From the NCBI GenBank assembly GCA_964203225.1, contig CAXNMK010000002.1, positions 673,664 to 737,663 of the forward strand: 64,000 nucleotides of DNA, read 5' to 3'. The position numbers were made by a program, and so were the translations under genes. Each line of letters opens with the position of its first letter. Position 1 is the stretch's first letter. The notes beneath the pieces were generated by a model that did not search any database, had not been told where the DNA came from, and worked only from the letters and a program-made list of their open reading frames with translations. The stretch comes from Kofleriaceae bacterium (GTDB lineage: Bacteria; Myxococcota_A; Polyangia; Haliangiales; Haliangiaceae). Shown here in pieces: positions 16,731-26,498 of this stretch.

Positions 16731-17117
16731 TATGCGCTTTCGTTTAGCCTACCAACTTACACACAACGTCGATGCCGCGAGCGAAGGGCCCACTGCGCCC
16801 GAGGACCTCGACCAACCCGTCGACACCGGCGTCTTTGCGACCCGAAGATCACCAACTGGCACGTCTGCGACCCTCTGTGACGCCAGGAACAGCCACCAAG
16901 CCGCGCTCAACGCCCCCTTCGAACTTGGCCCTCGACAGCCCGACCCCGTGAGGTTTTCCAACACATTTTGGTTTTCCTACACACGTTTCCATCTGCCTTC
17001 GGCGACCATCAAGGATGAAAGAAAGCGATCGAACGGTCAGCATTGCTCGGCCGGCCACGCCATTTTGTACCCGACGGCACCCGAATCGTGGTGGGAGATG
17101 CCGATCGCCCTGGGCCC

Positions 17118-17145
17118 TTGACAGCCCCACCTGGTTTATTAGTAT
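17118..17145 (+). promoter_or_regulatory. sigma-70-like promoter: TTGACA (17118-17123), 16-nt spacer, TAGTAT (17140-17145), followed by a GGGAGG RBS before the GTG at 17170
   Basis: Read directly. It is a perfect -35 hexamer in an AT-rich patch, which is atypical for the surrounding 70 % GC DNA. Confidence 0.45.
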
Positions 17146-17169
17146 TACATTGCATAGGGAGGATCGTTC

Positions 17170-18120
17170 GTGAAGAAAACAATTTTGATAATTTCGGCTA
17201 CCTTTGCATCGTCATTATTCGTGGGAGCATGTGCGCTCTTTAGTGGAATGGGCGGTGGCTCGGGTGGGGGTGGTGGAGGTGACCGTCCGGCGTATTGCCG
17301 GAACGTCGAGATGTCGGCCGCTCCGGCGTCCATTGCCTCGGAAATGCGCACCAAGTCCGGGCACTTGTTCACAGCGCTCGACAACCGCTGTAGCTCGTTG
17401 TGCAACAACGAAACGGCATGTGTAGAGGGCAAGGAAATCTTGCGCCAATACTATGCTGCGAGTCTCGGGACGCACCTCGCGTCTCCTCATGCATACCCGA
17501 CCTTGCTCGAGGCGATCACAAGTTCGCATATTACCGTTGACGGTGTTCGCGAACGCTATGCGGTCACGGAGTTCCTCCCAATTGCCAATCAGATTAGCGA
17601 AGCGCGCGCAAACGAAGCTCGTTCGAAGCTATCCACGACGGGAGCGTTCGACCGTCATACCGACGGCAATGAGTGCGTTTTCTCGAAGAACGCTTTCGCA
17701 ACTCCTGAGAATCAAAATCAAGAGTTGGCGTACGTGTTTCGAGGCGCGGGAACACAGGTCTATTACCGATGCTACTCCGATCGCGCATTTCAGACTTTTC
17801 CGAATCGCGACGGGCAGGAGCTTTACCTCGTGATCGAGGCCGAAGGGATTCGCTCTGGCTTCGCAGAGGACGCCTACGTTCAGATCGACTTTCGTTCGCT
17901 CGGTGATCCACGCACGCTCGGGAAAGTCAAGGTATCCGACGGTGTGTTCACTGTTCCTGACAGCGGACGTTCCGACGCCAAGGCCGTTGTCTATCGCATC
18001 ACGTTGAGGAACCAGTACATCAATGCGTATCAGGACGTGGTGCAGGATGGCGCGATCGTTCGTCAACCGGTCTATGGAAAAGAGCAGGTTGCGTATTCGC
18101 GTTTCGCATGGTTTCGCTGA
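17170..18120 (+). CDS. low-GC lipoprotein, hypothetical (candidate immunity protein of the adjacent toxin-like gene)
   Basis: MKKTILIISATFASSLFVGAC lipobox. About 50 % GC with E. coli-like codon usage. A strong Shine-Dalgarno sequence precedes it and there is a clean TGA stop. Confidence 0.7.
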   Translation: MKKTILIISATFASSLFVGACALFSGMGGGSGGGGGGDRPAYCRNVEMSAAPASIASEMRTKSGHLFTALDNRCSSLCNNETACVEGKEILRQYYAASLGTHLASPHAYPTLLEAITSSHITVDGVRERYAVTEFLPIANQISEARANEARSKLSTTGAFDRHTDGNECVFSKNAFATPENQNQELAYVFRGAGTQVYYRCYSDRAFQTFPNRDGQELYLVIEAEGIRSGFAEDAYVQIDFRSLGDPRTLGKVKVSDGVFTVPDSGRSDAKAVVYRITLRNQYINAYQDVVQDGAIVRQPVYGKEQVAYSRFAWFR

Positions 18121-18150
18121 GCACGAATAGGTTCAGGATTCGAAACAGGA

Positions 18151-18176
18151 CGGCACGGTCAACGATGATCGTGCCG
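18151..18176 (+). terminator. hairpin CGGCACG-12 nt-CGTGCCG about 30 nt after the lipoprotein stop
   Basis: A 7-bp perfect stem is read directly. There is no U tract, so its role is uncertain. It may belong to the IS terminus. Confidence 0.3.
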
Positions 18177-18231
18177 TTCACTGATTCAGCGGGGTGCGCG
18201 GGGTGCCGTTCTTTCCCAACGACGCCTGGGC

Positions 18232-19010
18232 TCACTTCACGATGCGTAGGGCGGGCTGTTTCGAGGGCGAGGTGAGGGGCGGCGGCGTGCCGTCCTGGTA
18301 CTTCGAGGCGTGCGTTCGCTGGACGTCCTGCTGGATGTGGAACTCCCAGTAGTCGTCGAAGTCGTGGCTCTGGATGAGGGCGCGGAGCTTCATGACGGCC
18401 TCGGCACCTCCGAGGGACCGTCGGGCGCCCGTGACGTCGAGGCGGTCGTTGATGAGGGTCCGGCACGCGCCCTCGATGACGCCTGAGGCGATGGGAGCGC
18501 CCGTCGCGAGGCATGTGTCGTAGCGCATGAGGTTCTTGCGCTTGAGGAAGTACCGGGCCGCGGCGTCGATGGGCGCTCGGACGTTGGCGGGCAGGCCTCG
18601 CTTCGTCGCGCTGCGCCGCATGCCGGCGGCGACGTGGACCGCCTCGCCGTTGAGGACCTTCTCGAAGCGCTCGAGGACCCAGCGCTCGAGCGCTGGCGTG
18701 CCCTCGGCGTTCAGCTTGAGGCCAGCGCTCCAGAGGTACTGCAGGGCGTGGATGGCGTCGAGGACGACGTGCACGAGGACCCCGCGGGACCTGGCCTCGC
18801 GACGTATCGCCGCCTCGAGCTTGCCGTCCCCGTCGATGAGCACGAACCACGGCCTGTCGCCTGCCGGATCGAGCCGCGAGGCCTCATCGAACAGCTCGCC
18901 CACGACCTCCGCCAGGGTGCGCTCGAGGCTCGCCCAGACGCGCTTGTTGACCGGCCGCGGGCGCACCTCAGGTGTCACGAGGCGCACGTGGCGCAGCCCG
19001 TTGATGACGT
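18232..19010 (-). mobile_element. ISKra4-family transposase, C-terminal ~260 aa (N-terminal third missing)
   Basis: The reverse-strand peptide ...RPWFVLIDGDGKLEAAI...LVHVVLDAIHALQYLW...GVIEGACRTLINDRLDVTGARRSLGGAEAVMKLRALIQSHDFDDYWEFH matches the ISKra4-type GVIEGACR / DFDDYW signature. Upstream of about 19010 the frame becomes non-protein-like. Confidence 0.6.
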
Positions 19011-19442
19011 GCCAGAGGGCGGGCCCGCCTGGGAGTTGCTCCTCGACAGGCGCCTGCCGCCGAGTCGGCGTGTGCCAGACGCCGTCGTGCAGTCGGCGCG
19101 CTCCCTGCGCCGCGCGAACCCGACCATCAACTGCGCGTCCGCGCTCAGCCTCCTGAAGGCGGAGTTCGGCGACGGCCTCGAGGTCAGCAGCACGTGGCTC
19201 AAGCGGGTCTGGGCGCAGGCGGGGTTGAGCCGTGCGCCCAGCAGTGGGCGGCGGCCCGAGGGCGGCGGGGTGGTCGAGGTCCTCCACGGGGGCGGCGGGT
19301 TGGCGCTCATCGCGGCCGCCGACGCGGAGCTCAAGGCCTCGACGCAGCTCGCGGAGGCGGTGCTCGGGGCGGCGCAGGAGGCGAGCGCCGCGCAGGGCGA
19401 GGTGACGCCTCGGGACGAGGGCGAGGGCGCGCGGGATGACCA

Positions 19443-20246
19443 CGGGCGCTTCACCGCCGCCTACAATCACGGCTGGCGCGAGGGCGTCGCGGAGGGCGCG
19501 CGGGACGGACGCCTCGCACCCGACAAGAAGAAGCGAAAGCAGCGCGAACTCAGGACGTTGCCGACCGCGTCGCTGCGGCCGGAGACGCTCGCACAGAAGC
19601 ACTCTCCGAACTCACCGACAGCGCCTCCGTCATCGCGCAGGCGGTCGACGGGCACACCCAAGACCAACGCCGCGCCGAGGCCGCGCTCGCCACACGTCGG
19701 AAGCGTCTCGATGACCTCATCGCGCAGGGCAAGACGGCCGGCAAGACCTTCGCGCGCGTCGCACTCGACCATCAACAGGCGCTCGTCCACGCCGAGACGT
19801 GCACGCGCGCCGCGACCAAGGCATGTGCTGCGCTCGACGAAAACGTCGCGTGTCGTACGGCGATCACGGAACGGGCCGACGACATCGCGGCGCGCAAGAA
19901 GCACATCGAACCGCAACGCACCATTCGCCAGCTCGACGTCGCGCAGGACACGATCCTCACCGCGACCAAGCTCACCGCCGTGCAGCTCATCTCATTCGTG
20001 CTACGCGAGTACGTGCCGTCGATGCCGATGACGCCGCACACCTTCCTGCAACGCGTCCTCTCAATCACTGGCCGGAAGGAGATCAGTGACGACCAGGAAC
20101 TCGTCGCGTTCTACGAGAACCCTCGCGACGCGCTCGTCAACGACGCGCTCCGCGATGCCTGCGAGCGCCTCAACCGCCGCGCGCTGCGCCGCGATGACCG
20201 CCGGCTCAGCTTCGCCGTCGAGCCGCCCTCGGGCCGGGTCGCTTGA
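19443..20246 (+). CDS. hypothetical coiled-coil-rich ORF without a canonical start; probably the 3' part of a disrupted gene
   Basis: Open frame from a TGA at about 19440 to a TGA at 20246: ...ELTDSASVIAQAVDGHTQDQRRAEAALATRRKRLDDLIAQGK...VAFYENPRDALVNDALRDACERLNRRALRRDDRRLSFAVEPPSGRVA. There is no ATG/GTG/TTG until 19980. The upstream plus-strand segment (19050-19560, other frame, HTH-like NPTINCASALSLLKAEFGDGLEVSSTWLKRVW) would join this ORF only through a frameshift near 19550. Confidence 0.3.
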   Translation, partial: RALHRRLQSRLARGRRGGRAGRTPRTRQEEAKAARTQDVADRVAAAGDARTEALSELTDSASVIAQAVDGHTQDQRRAEAALATRRKRLDDLIAQGKTAGKTFARVALDHQQALVHAETCTRAATKACAALDENVACRTAITERADDIAARKKHIEPQRTIRQLDVAQDTILTATKLTAVQLISFVLREYVPSMPMTPHTFLQRVLSITGRKEISDDQELVAFYENPRDALVNDALRDACERLNRRALRRDDRRLSFAVEPPSGRVA

Positions 20247-20285
20247 TCTGATCTCTCGTTACCCGTGGTCGCCGAACTCCCTGTC
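20243..20285. repeat. copy A of a dispersed ~43-bp repeat (TGATCTGATCTC...GCCGAACTCCCTGTC), about 83 % identical to 34137-34178
   Basis: Hand alignment gives 35/42 identical positions. The flanking 5' sequences (ttcgccg...) are also related. Confidence 0.5.
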
Positions 20286-20528
20286 GGAGTGATCGCGGGC
20301 ACGCGCGAGTAACGCCGGGAGATGGTCGCGGACGACGCCGTGGAGCGTTCCGTCCTCCGGCTGGCGGCGGGCATACGCGCGCGCTGGCGCCGGCGAGCGA
20401 TGAGCCGCGAGCATGGTCGCCGATGCGTGCACGCAGGGACCGTGCCGCGCGCCCGCTCGAGAGATCTCGACAACGTGGGAGCGTGTGGGGTGACGCGGCG
20501 TCCGCCGGCTGGACGTTCATCGATCATA

Positions 20529-20545
20529 TGTCCGAATATCGGACA
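20529..20545. promoter_or_regulatory. perfect 17-bp palindrome TGTCCGAATATCGGACA in a degenerate intergenic region
   Basis: Read directly. The two halves TGTCCGA and TCGGACA are exact reverse complements around ATA. Confidence 0.3.
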
Positions 20546-21606
20546 GATTGCTGGTGGCCGTCCCTGCGTAGATCGTCGGTTCGTCGAGCGCGAGCACCGC
20601 GTCGATGGGCCAACTCCTGGCGTCGTCAGCGCTGGGGGGGACACCCGCTCCGCGTCGTGTGCCGGCACCCGCTGGCCGGTCCCATCGTGAACGCGGACGT
20701 CGTCGAACCTCACCCGCTGCCTCACCCGCTGATCGTCGTCTCGACCACGCGGCGCAGCGCTTCGCCGCGCGGAACAACGCGGCGGCCTGGGCCTGCGTGA
20801 CCCGCAGCTGGACCGCGCGCGGCCGGATCGGGCCCTACAGGTTGACGAACAACGCGCGCAGCCGCGCGACGCCCAGGGTCTGCCCGCGCAGGTACCCATG
20901 CACGCCCACGGCCAGCAACCGGCACGCCGTCGCCTGGCGCTGCCGCAGGTTGTCGCCGGTCGCCGGCGTGCACACCCGGGCCATCTGCGCCGCGGCCCGC
21001 TCGGCCCCCGCGGCCTGTGCGCGTTGCGGCGTGCGCGAAGGCGGCCCGGTGGATCGACGCCACCCGCGCCCTTGGGTAGCCTGCGGACGCGTCGGCGTCG
21101 GGTGGTTGCGCATGTTTCGCAACGACGCGACTCTCCGGATCCGGTGCGCTTTGCGATTGCTTCCGGACCCTTACGCGAGCCGGCGCCGCCAAGGATCACG
21201 GGCATGGGGGGACCACAGCGGAGGTGCTGGGCGCCGCAGCCGCCGCGAGCCTCGGGGATAACGCGTTGACGAATCGCGCGAGTAAGCGCATGGTTTGCGT
21301 CGTGTTGACCGAGTCGTGCCCCGAACTGGAGTTCTGCCCTTTCGCGAGGGCATTGTCCCTCGTCGCCGGTGCCCGTGCTCCCTGGGACAACCTCTCGATT
21401 CCCGCCTCCGGCTAATCCGCGGTACGGGCAGACACGAGCGATACCAAACCAGCCCCGTACCTCGGCAGAGGACGCGGGCTCTACGTTGGTGCCCTCTCCC
21501 CTCTGCGAGGTGTGTGGCAGACCTCATCCAAGGGAGCACGCACTGTGAACACGACACGCGCCACGATCGAAACCGCTTCACTGACCTTCGCGCCGTCGAG
21601 GCTCGC

Positions 21607-22482
21607 GTGAGCGCGCTGCAAGTCTGGATCGACGGCAAGATCGTCTCACTCGACGACGCTCGCACCTCGCCGCTGGCGCACGGTCTTCACTACGGAACCG
21701 GCGTGTTCGAGGGCATTCGCTGCTATGCGACTCCCAAAGGGCCGCGCATCTTTCGTCTGGGAGCGCACCTGGACCGAATGCGCCGGGGAGCCGAACACCT
21801 CGGCATCAGCCTCGACGTCGAGACGATGACACGCGCCTCGGTGGAGGTCGTCGCCGCCAACCACTTCGACGACGCGTATCTGCGACCGCTCGCGTACTAC
21901 GAGTCGGGTGGGCTCGGTCTCGATGTCGCGCCGCTCACCGCGCGCACGATGGTCGCCGCGATGCCGTGGAAGAGCCACCTCGGTGACAGTCATGCCTCGC
22001 GTGGCGTGCGACTTCGCACCTCGTCGTGGCGTCGGATCGCGTCGTCGGCGGTGCCCGCGCTCAAGATTTGTGGTGTCTACGCGAACTCGATCATCGCGAA
22101 ATGGGAGGCTGTGAAGGCAGGCTTCGAGGAGGCGCTGTTCGTCGACGATCGCGGCTTCGTCTGCGAGGCCACGGGCGAGAATGTGTTCCTCATCAAGAAC
22201 GGTCGCGTCATCGCGCCTACCCACCAGGACGCGCTGCCGGGCATCACCCGGGCGACGATCGTCGCGCTCACCGGCGCGGAGGAGCGCGCGGTGACCAGGG
22301 ACGAACTTCGGGACGCGGACGAGATCTTCCTGACGGGCACCTCCGCGGAGGTCGCGGGCGTCGGGGTGTTCGACGAGCGCGAGATCGGCGTGGGCGCGAT
22401 GACCCGCGAGATCGCCGCGCAGTACCTCGCCATCGTTCACGGCCAGACCGCCGATCCTGGCAATTGGCTCACGGAAGTCTGA
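21607..22482 (+). CDS. ilvE: branched-chain amino acid aminotransferase
   Basis: VSALQVWIDGKIVSLDDARTSPLAHGLHYGTGVFEGIRCY..., class IV aminotransferase fold. GTG at 21607 is in frame with ORF 21295..22482. First gene of the ilv cluster. Confidence 0.85.
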   Translation: MSALQVWIDGKIVSLDDARTSPLAHGLHYGTGVFEGIRCYATPKGPRIFRLGAHLDRMRRGAEHLGISLDVETMTRASVEVVAANHFDDAYLRPLAYYESGGLGLDVAPLTARTMVAAMPWKSHLGDSHASRGVRLRTSSWRRIASSAVPALKICGVYANSIIAKWEAVKAGFEEALFVDDRGFVCEATGENVFLIKNGRVIAPTHQDALPGITRATIVALTGAEERAVTRDELRDADEIFLTGTSAEVAGVGVFDEREIGVGAMTREIAAQYLAIVHGQTADPGNWLTEV

Positions 22483-22521
22483 GCGCGTCGCACCCCCACG
22501 CACGGAGACGAACATCGCATC

Positions 22522-24210
22522 ATGCCCGGTAAATACAGCCGTCTCGTGACCTCTGACCCCTCGCAGCCCGCGGCTCAGGCGATGCTCCATGCCATCGGTT
22601 TGTCGCGGAGCGATCTCGACAAGCCGCAGGTTGGAATCGCCAGCACCGGGTTCGAGGGAAATCCGTGCAATATGCATCTGAACGAGCTGGCGCGCGCGGT
22701 GAAGAGGGGCACCGCCTCGTCAGGTCTTTGTGGCCTGGTGTTCAACACCATCGGCGTCAGCGATGGCATCTCGATGGGCACGCCGGGAATGCGGTTTTCG
22801 CTGCCCTCGCGAGAAATCATCGCAGATTCGATCGAGACCGTAGTGAGCGCCCAGAGCTACGACGCGGTGGTGGCGGTGGTGGGATGCGACAAGAACATGC
22901 CCGGCGCGGTGATGGCGATGGCGCGGCTCGACAGGCCCGGACTGATCGTGTTCGGGGGCGCGAGCGCGTCGGGGAGTCACAACGGGCGCAAGCTCAACAT
23001 CGTCTCGGCATTCGAGGCGCTCGGCGAAAAGCTCGCGGGTAAAATCGACGAAGCCGAGTACCAGGCGGTCATCGAGCGTGCCTGCCCTGGCGCGGGCGCA
23101 TGCGGAGGCATGTACACAGCCAACACGATGGCTTCGGCCATCGAGGCGCTCGGGCTGTCGCTTCCGTACAGCGCGTCGACGCCTGCGCTCGCGCCTGAGA
23201 AGGTCGCCGAGTGCGAGGCTGCGGGGACGGCGATGAAGTGGCTCATCGACCACGACGTGACCCCGGGCCAGTTGCTCACCTCGCAGGCCTTCGAGAACGC
23301 GATTCGCGTGGTGCTGGTGCTCGGCGGTTCGACCAACGCCGTGCTCCACCTCATCGCCATCGCGCGCACCGTCGGCGTGCCCCTTCAGCTGGCTGATTTT
23401 GCTCGACTGAGCGACGAGACACCGCTGCTCGCCGACTTCGCTCCGAGCGGGCCCTACCTGATGGAAGACCTTCATCAGATCGGAGGGACGCCGGCGGTGC
23501 TGAAGCTGCTGCTCGACGCCGGAATGCTCCACGGCGGGTGCCTCACCGTTACCGGACGCACCCTCGCCGAAAACCTTCGGGAGCTGCCCGGACTGTCGGC
23601 GGGTCAGCAGATCGTGAGGCCGCTCGCGCGTCCGATTTCCCCCAAAGGTCATCTGAAAATCTTGAGCGGCAACCTCGCGCCGGAGGGTGCAGTGGCAAAA
23701 ATAACGGGAAAAGAAGGCCTGCGCTTCGAGGGGACGGCGCGGGTTTTCGACAGCGAATATGCCACCAATGACGCGATCGCAGCGGGCGAGGTCCGCAAGG
23801 GCGACGTGGTCGTGATTCGCTATGAAGGCCCTCGTGGAGGTCCGGGAATGCCGGAGATGTTGAAGCCGACCGCCGCGCTGATCGGGGCCGGACTCGGCGG
23901 TCACGTAGCGCTGATCACCGACGGCCGCTTCTCGGGCGGCACCCACGGATTCGTCGTCGGGCATGTCACGCCAGAAGCGCAACAGGGCGGCCCGATCGCC
24001 CTGGTGAGGGACGGCGATCGCATCTCGGTGGACGCCGTGGCCCTCTCGGTCACCGTGCACCTCAGCGATGCCGAGCTGGACGCGCGACGCACGGCATGGC
24101 GCGCGCCGGCGCTCAAGTTCGACCGTGGGACTCTTGGCCGATACGCGCGGACGGTCTCGTCGGCGGCGGATGGATGCGTCACCGACGGTTCTGAAGGAGG
24201 GGTCCGATGA
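22522..24210 (+). CDS. ilvD: dihydroxy-acid dehydratase
   Basis: 562 aa. Contains the motifs CDKNMPG and GGSTNAVLH, and the ...[16 protein letters not shown] cysteine cluster. Confidence 0.9.
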   Translation: MPGKYSRLVTSDPSQPAAQAMLHAIGLSRSDLDKPQVGIASTGFEGNPCNMHLNELARAVKRGTASSGLCGLVFNTIGVSDGISMGTPGMRFSLPSREIIADSIETVVSAQSYDAVVAVVGCDKNMPGAVMAMARLDRPGLIVFGGASASGSHNGRKLNIVSAFEALGEKLAGKIDEAEYQAVIERACPGAGACGGMYTANTMASAIEALGLSLPYSASTPALAPEKVAECEAAGTAMKWLIDHDVTPGQLLTSQAFENAIRVVLVLGGSTNAVLHLIAIARTVGVPLQLADFARLSDETPLLADFAPSGPYLMEDLHQIGGTPAVLKLLLDAGMLHGGCLTVTGRTLAENLRELPGLSAGQQIVRPLARPISPKGHLKILSGNLAPEGAVAKITGKEGLRFEGTARVFDSEYATNDAIAAGEVRKGDVVVIRYEGPRGGPGMPEMLKPTAALIGAGLGGHVALITDGRFSGGTHGFVVGHVTPEAQQGGPIALVRDGDRISVDAVALSVTVHLSDAELDARRTAWRAPALKFDRGTLGRYARTVSSAADGCVTDGSEGGVR

Positions 24211-25931
24211 GCCCGACACTCGCAGCGCTGCCGGCGACCGGCGATCTGGTGAGCGGCGCCACCGCGCTGGTGCGGGCGCTCGTCGCGGAAAACGTGAAGC
24301 TGCTGTTCGGCTATCCGGGCGGGGCGATCATGCCGGTGTACGACGCGCTGTACGACGTGCGGGACTCCCTGCAGCACGTCCTGGTTCGCCACGAGCAGGG
24401 CGCGGTTCACGCGGCGCAGGGCTACGCGCGGGTGAGCGGCAGGGTCGGGGTGTGCATCGCTACCTCGGGCCCGGGCGCCACCAACCTCGTGACGGGCATC
24501 GCCGACGCGCAGATCGATTCGACGCCGCTGGTCTGCATCACCGGTCAGGTCTCATCGAAGGTGCTCGGAACCGACGCGTTCCAAGAGACCGATGTGGTCA
24601 ATGTCACCGCGCCGATCACCAAATGGAACTGCCAGATAACGCGCGCGTGCGACATCTCGGACGCCATCGCGAAGGCGTTCTTCATCGCGCGTACGGGTCG
24701 GCCTGGGCCGGTGCTCATCGACTTCACGAAAGACGCGCAAATCGAGCTGACTCGCTTCGTCTACAGGGCGTGCTCGAAGATTCGCAGCTATGTGCCCCAC
24801 GCCATCGCGTCTCCGGACGCGCTCGCGGCGGCAGCGGCGATCATCGAGGGCGCGACGAAGCCCTACCTGATCGCGGGGCAGGGCGTGACCCTGTCGGGAG
24901 CGGAGAGCGCCCTGCTCGCCTTCGCCGAGAAGACGGGTGTGCCAGTGGCCACGACGCTACTCGGCCTATCGAGCTTCCCGACGCGCCATCCGCTTTCGGT
25001 CGGCATGGTGGGCATGCACGGAAAATACGGAGCCAACATCAAGACCAACGAGTGCGACGTGCTGATCGCCGTCGGCATGCGTTTCGACGATCGGGTGACC
25101 GGTGATTTGAAGCGGTACGCGCGTCAGGCGAAGGTCATTCACCTGGAGCTGGATGCCTCGGAAATAGGCAAGAACGTGAAGCCGGAGGTGGCGCTCCACG
25201 GCGACGCCCGCGAGACGCTCGAACGCCTCGGCGTGCTGGTGACGCAGCGCACCCACGATCGCTGGCTGGCCGAGTTTCGGGCGTGTGACGCCATCGAGCA
25301 CGACAAAGTCGTGCGCGACGAGCTGTGGCCTTCGAGCGGCGAACTTCGCATGGGCGAAGTGGTGCACCGCATCGCGAGCGCGACGGGCGGCGACGCGGTT
25401 ATCGTGAGCGACGTCGGCCAGCACCAGATGGCGGCGGCCCGTTACTCGAACTTCGCGCGCAAGGTCAGCAGCGTGACCTCGGGTGGCCTCGGCACGATGG
25501 GCTTCGGCCTCCCCGCGGCGCTCGGCGCGAAGCTGGGCGCCCCTGACCGCACAGTCATCGTGTTCATCGGCGACGGTGGCTTTCAGATGACGCTACAGGA
25601 GCTCGGGACGATCAAGCAGACCGGGGCTGCGGTGAAGATCGTGATCTTGAACAACAGCTTCCTCGGCATGGTGCGCCAGTGGCAGGAGCTCTTCTTTGAA
25701 CGGCGATATTCACAGACCGAAATGCACAATCCCGACTTCGCTCAGATCGCCGCCGCGTATGGCATCGCGGGGCTCAAGGTGCCCGATCGCGCCACGCTAC
25801 CGGGCGCGATTGCAGCCATGTTGGCGCATCCTGGCGCCTTCCTGCTCGACGTGACGGTTGACCGCGAGAGTAACGTGTTTCCGATGGTTGCGTCGGCCGC
25901 GAGCGTCTCCGACGTGCGGCTGGAGCCCTGA
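24207..25931 (+). CDS. ilvB: acetolactate synthase large subunit (ThDP-dependent)
   Basis: [23 protein letters not shown] and ThDP-binding motifs. The ATG overlaps the ilvD stop (ATGA). Confidence 0.9.
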   Translation: MSPTLAALPATGDLVSGATALVRALVAENVKLLFGYPGGAIMPVYDALYDVRDSLQHVLVRHEQGAVHAAQGYARVSGRVGVCIATSGPGATNLVTGIADAQIDSTPLVCITGQVSSKVLGTDAFQETDVVNVTAPITKWNCQITRACDISDAIAKAFFIARTGRPGPVLIDFTKDAQIELTRFVYRACSKIRSYVPHAIASPDALAAAAAIIEGATKPYLIAGQGVTLSGAESALLAFAEKTGVPVATTLLGLSSFPTRHPLSVGMVGMHGKYGANIKTNECDVLIAVGMRFDDRVTGDLKRYARQAKVIHLELDASEIGKNVKPEVALHGDARETLERLGVLVTQRTHDRWLAEFRACDAIEHDKVVRDELWPSSGELRMGEVVHRIASATGGDAVIVSDVGQHQMAAARYSNFARKVSSVTSGGLGTMGFGLPAALGAKLGAPDRTVIVFIGDGGFQMTLQELGTIKQTGAAVKIVILNNSFLGMVRQWQELFFERRYSQTEMHNPDFAQIAAAYGIAGLKVPDRATLPGAIAAMLAHPGAFLLDVTVDRESNVFPMVASAASVSDVRLEP

Positions 25932-25934
25932 GCG

Positions 25935-26474
25935 ATGCCTTCGAAGCTGACCCTTTCTGTGTTCAGTGAAAACCATGTCGGTCTGCTCGCGCGGGTGACC
26001 AGCGTGTTCACGCGCAGGAGCGTGAACATCGAGAGTCTGACCGTCTCGGAGTCGGAGGTGAGTGGCATTCATCGCTTCACGATCGTGGCCTTCCTGACCC
26101 GCGATCTGGCCGACAAAATGGCGGCTCAGATCGAGAAACAGGTCGAGGTCATCAAGGCGTTCGTGCACGATGAGCACGAGGTGATTCACCGCGACCTCGC
26201 GCTGTATAAAATCGAGCGGCAGCACGGCGAACACGCGGGGACGATGCGGGATATTCTGCAGGCTCACGGGGCGCGCGAGCTGTCGGTCGAGGATGACTTC
26301 AGCGTCGTCGAGAAGACGGGCTCCGCGGACGAGATCGCGTCGTTGCTGACTGCACTGGAGCCGTTTGGCGTGCTCGAATTCGTTCGCTCGGGGAGCGTGG
26401 CGCTCACCAGGCCGATGAAAAAGTTATCGGCGTTCTTGAGAGAGCTTGAAGACGCTCACGCCGCGTCGTTGTGA
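25935..26474 (+). CDS. ilvN: acetolactate synthase small (regulatory) subunit, ACT domain
   Basis: LSVFSENHVGLLARVTSVFTRRSVNIESLTV ACT motif. 179 aa, immediately after ilvB. Confidence 0.85.
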   Translation: MPSKLTLSVFSENHVGLLARVTSVFTRRSVNIESLTVSESEVSGIHRFTIVAFLTRDLADKMAAQIEKQVEVIKAFVHDEHEVIHRDLALYKIERQHGEHAGTMRDILQAHGARELSVEDDFSVVEKTGSADEIASLLTALEPFGVLEFVRSGSVALTRPMKKLSAFLRELEDAHAASL

Positions 26475-26498
26475 CAACGCACCGGAGAGGGAACAGCC

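Noticed and set aside
16732-17121. 129-aa ORF between the RHS fragment and the low-GC lipoprotein, as a possible immunity gene
   Set aside because: It has no start context or recognisable fold, and its GC is intermediate. It is left unannotated. It could still be a decayed cassette.
18634-20031. 465-aa plus-strand ORF treated as one protein
   Set aside because: Its first third is antisense to the ISKra4 transposase. Only the middle (19050-19560) is protein-like, and the tail (Arg/Ser/Thr/Pro runs) is not. The adjacent frame carries the credible C-terminal sequence.
20111-21261. Large ORFs on both strands in the 20.1-21.3 kb region
   Set aside because: They are Arg/Ala/Pro-dominated with no motifs. 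The region looks like decayed non-coding DNA. Only a short C-terminal-looking peptide (20835-20950, minus) is vaguely protein-like.
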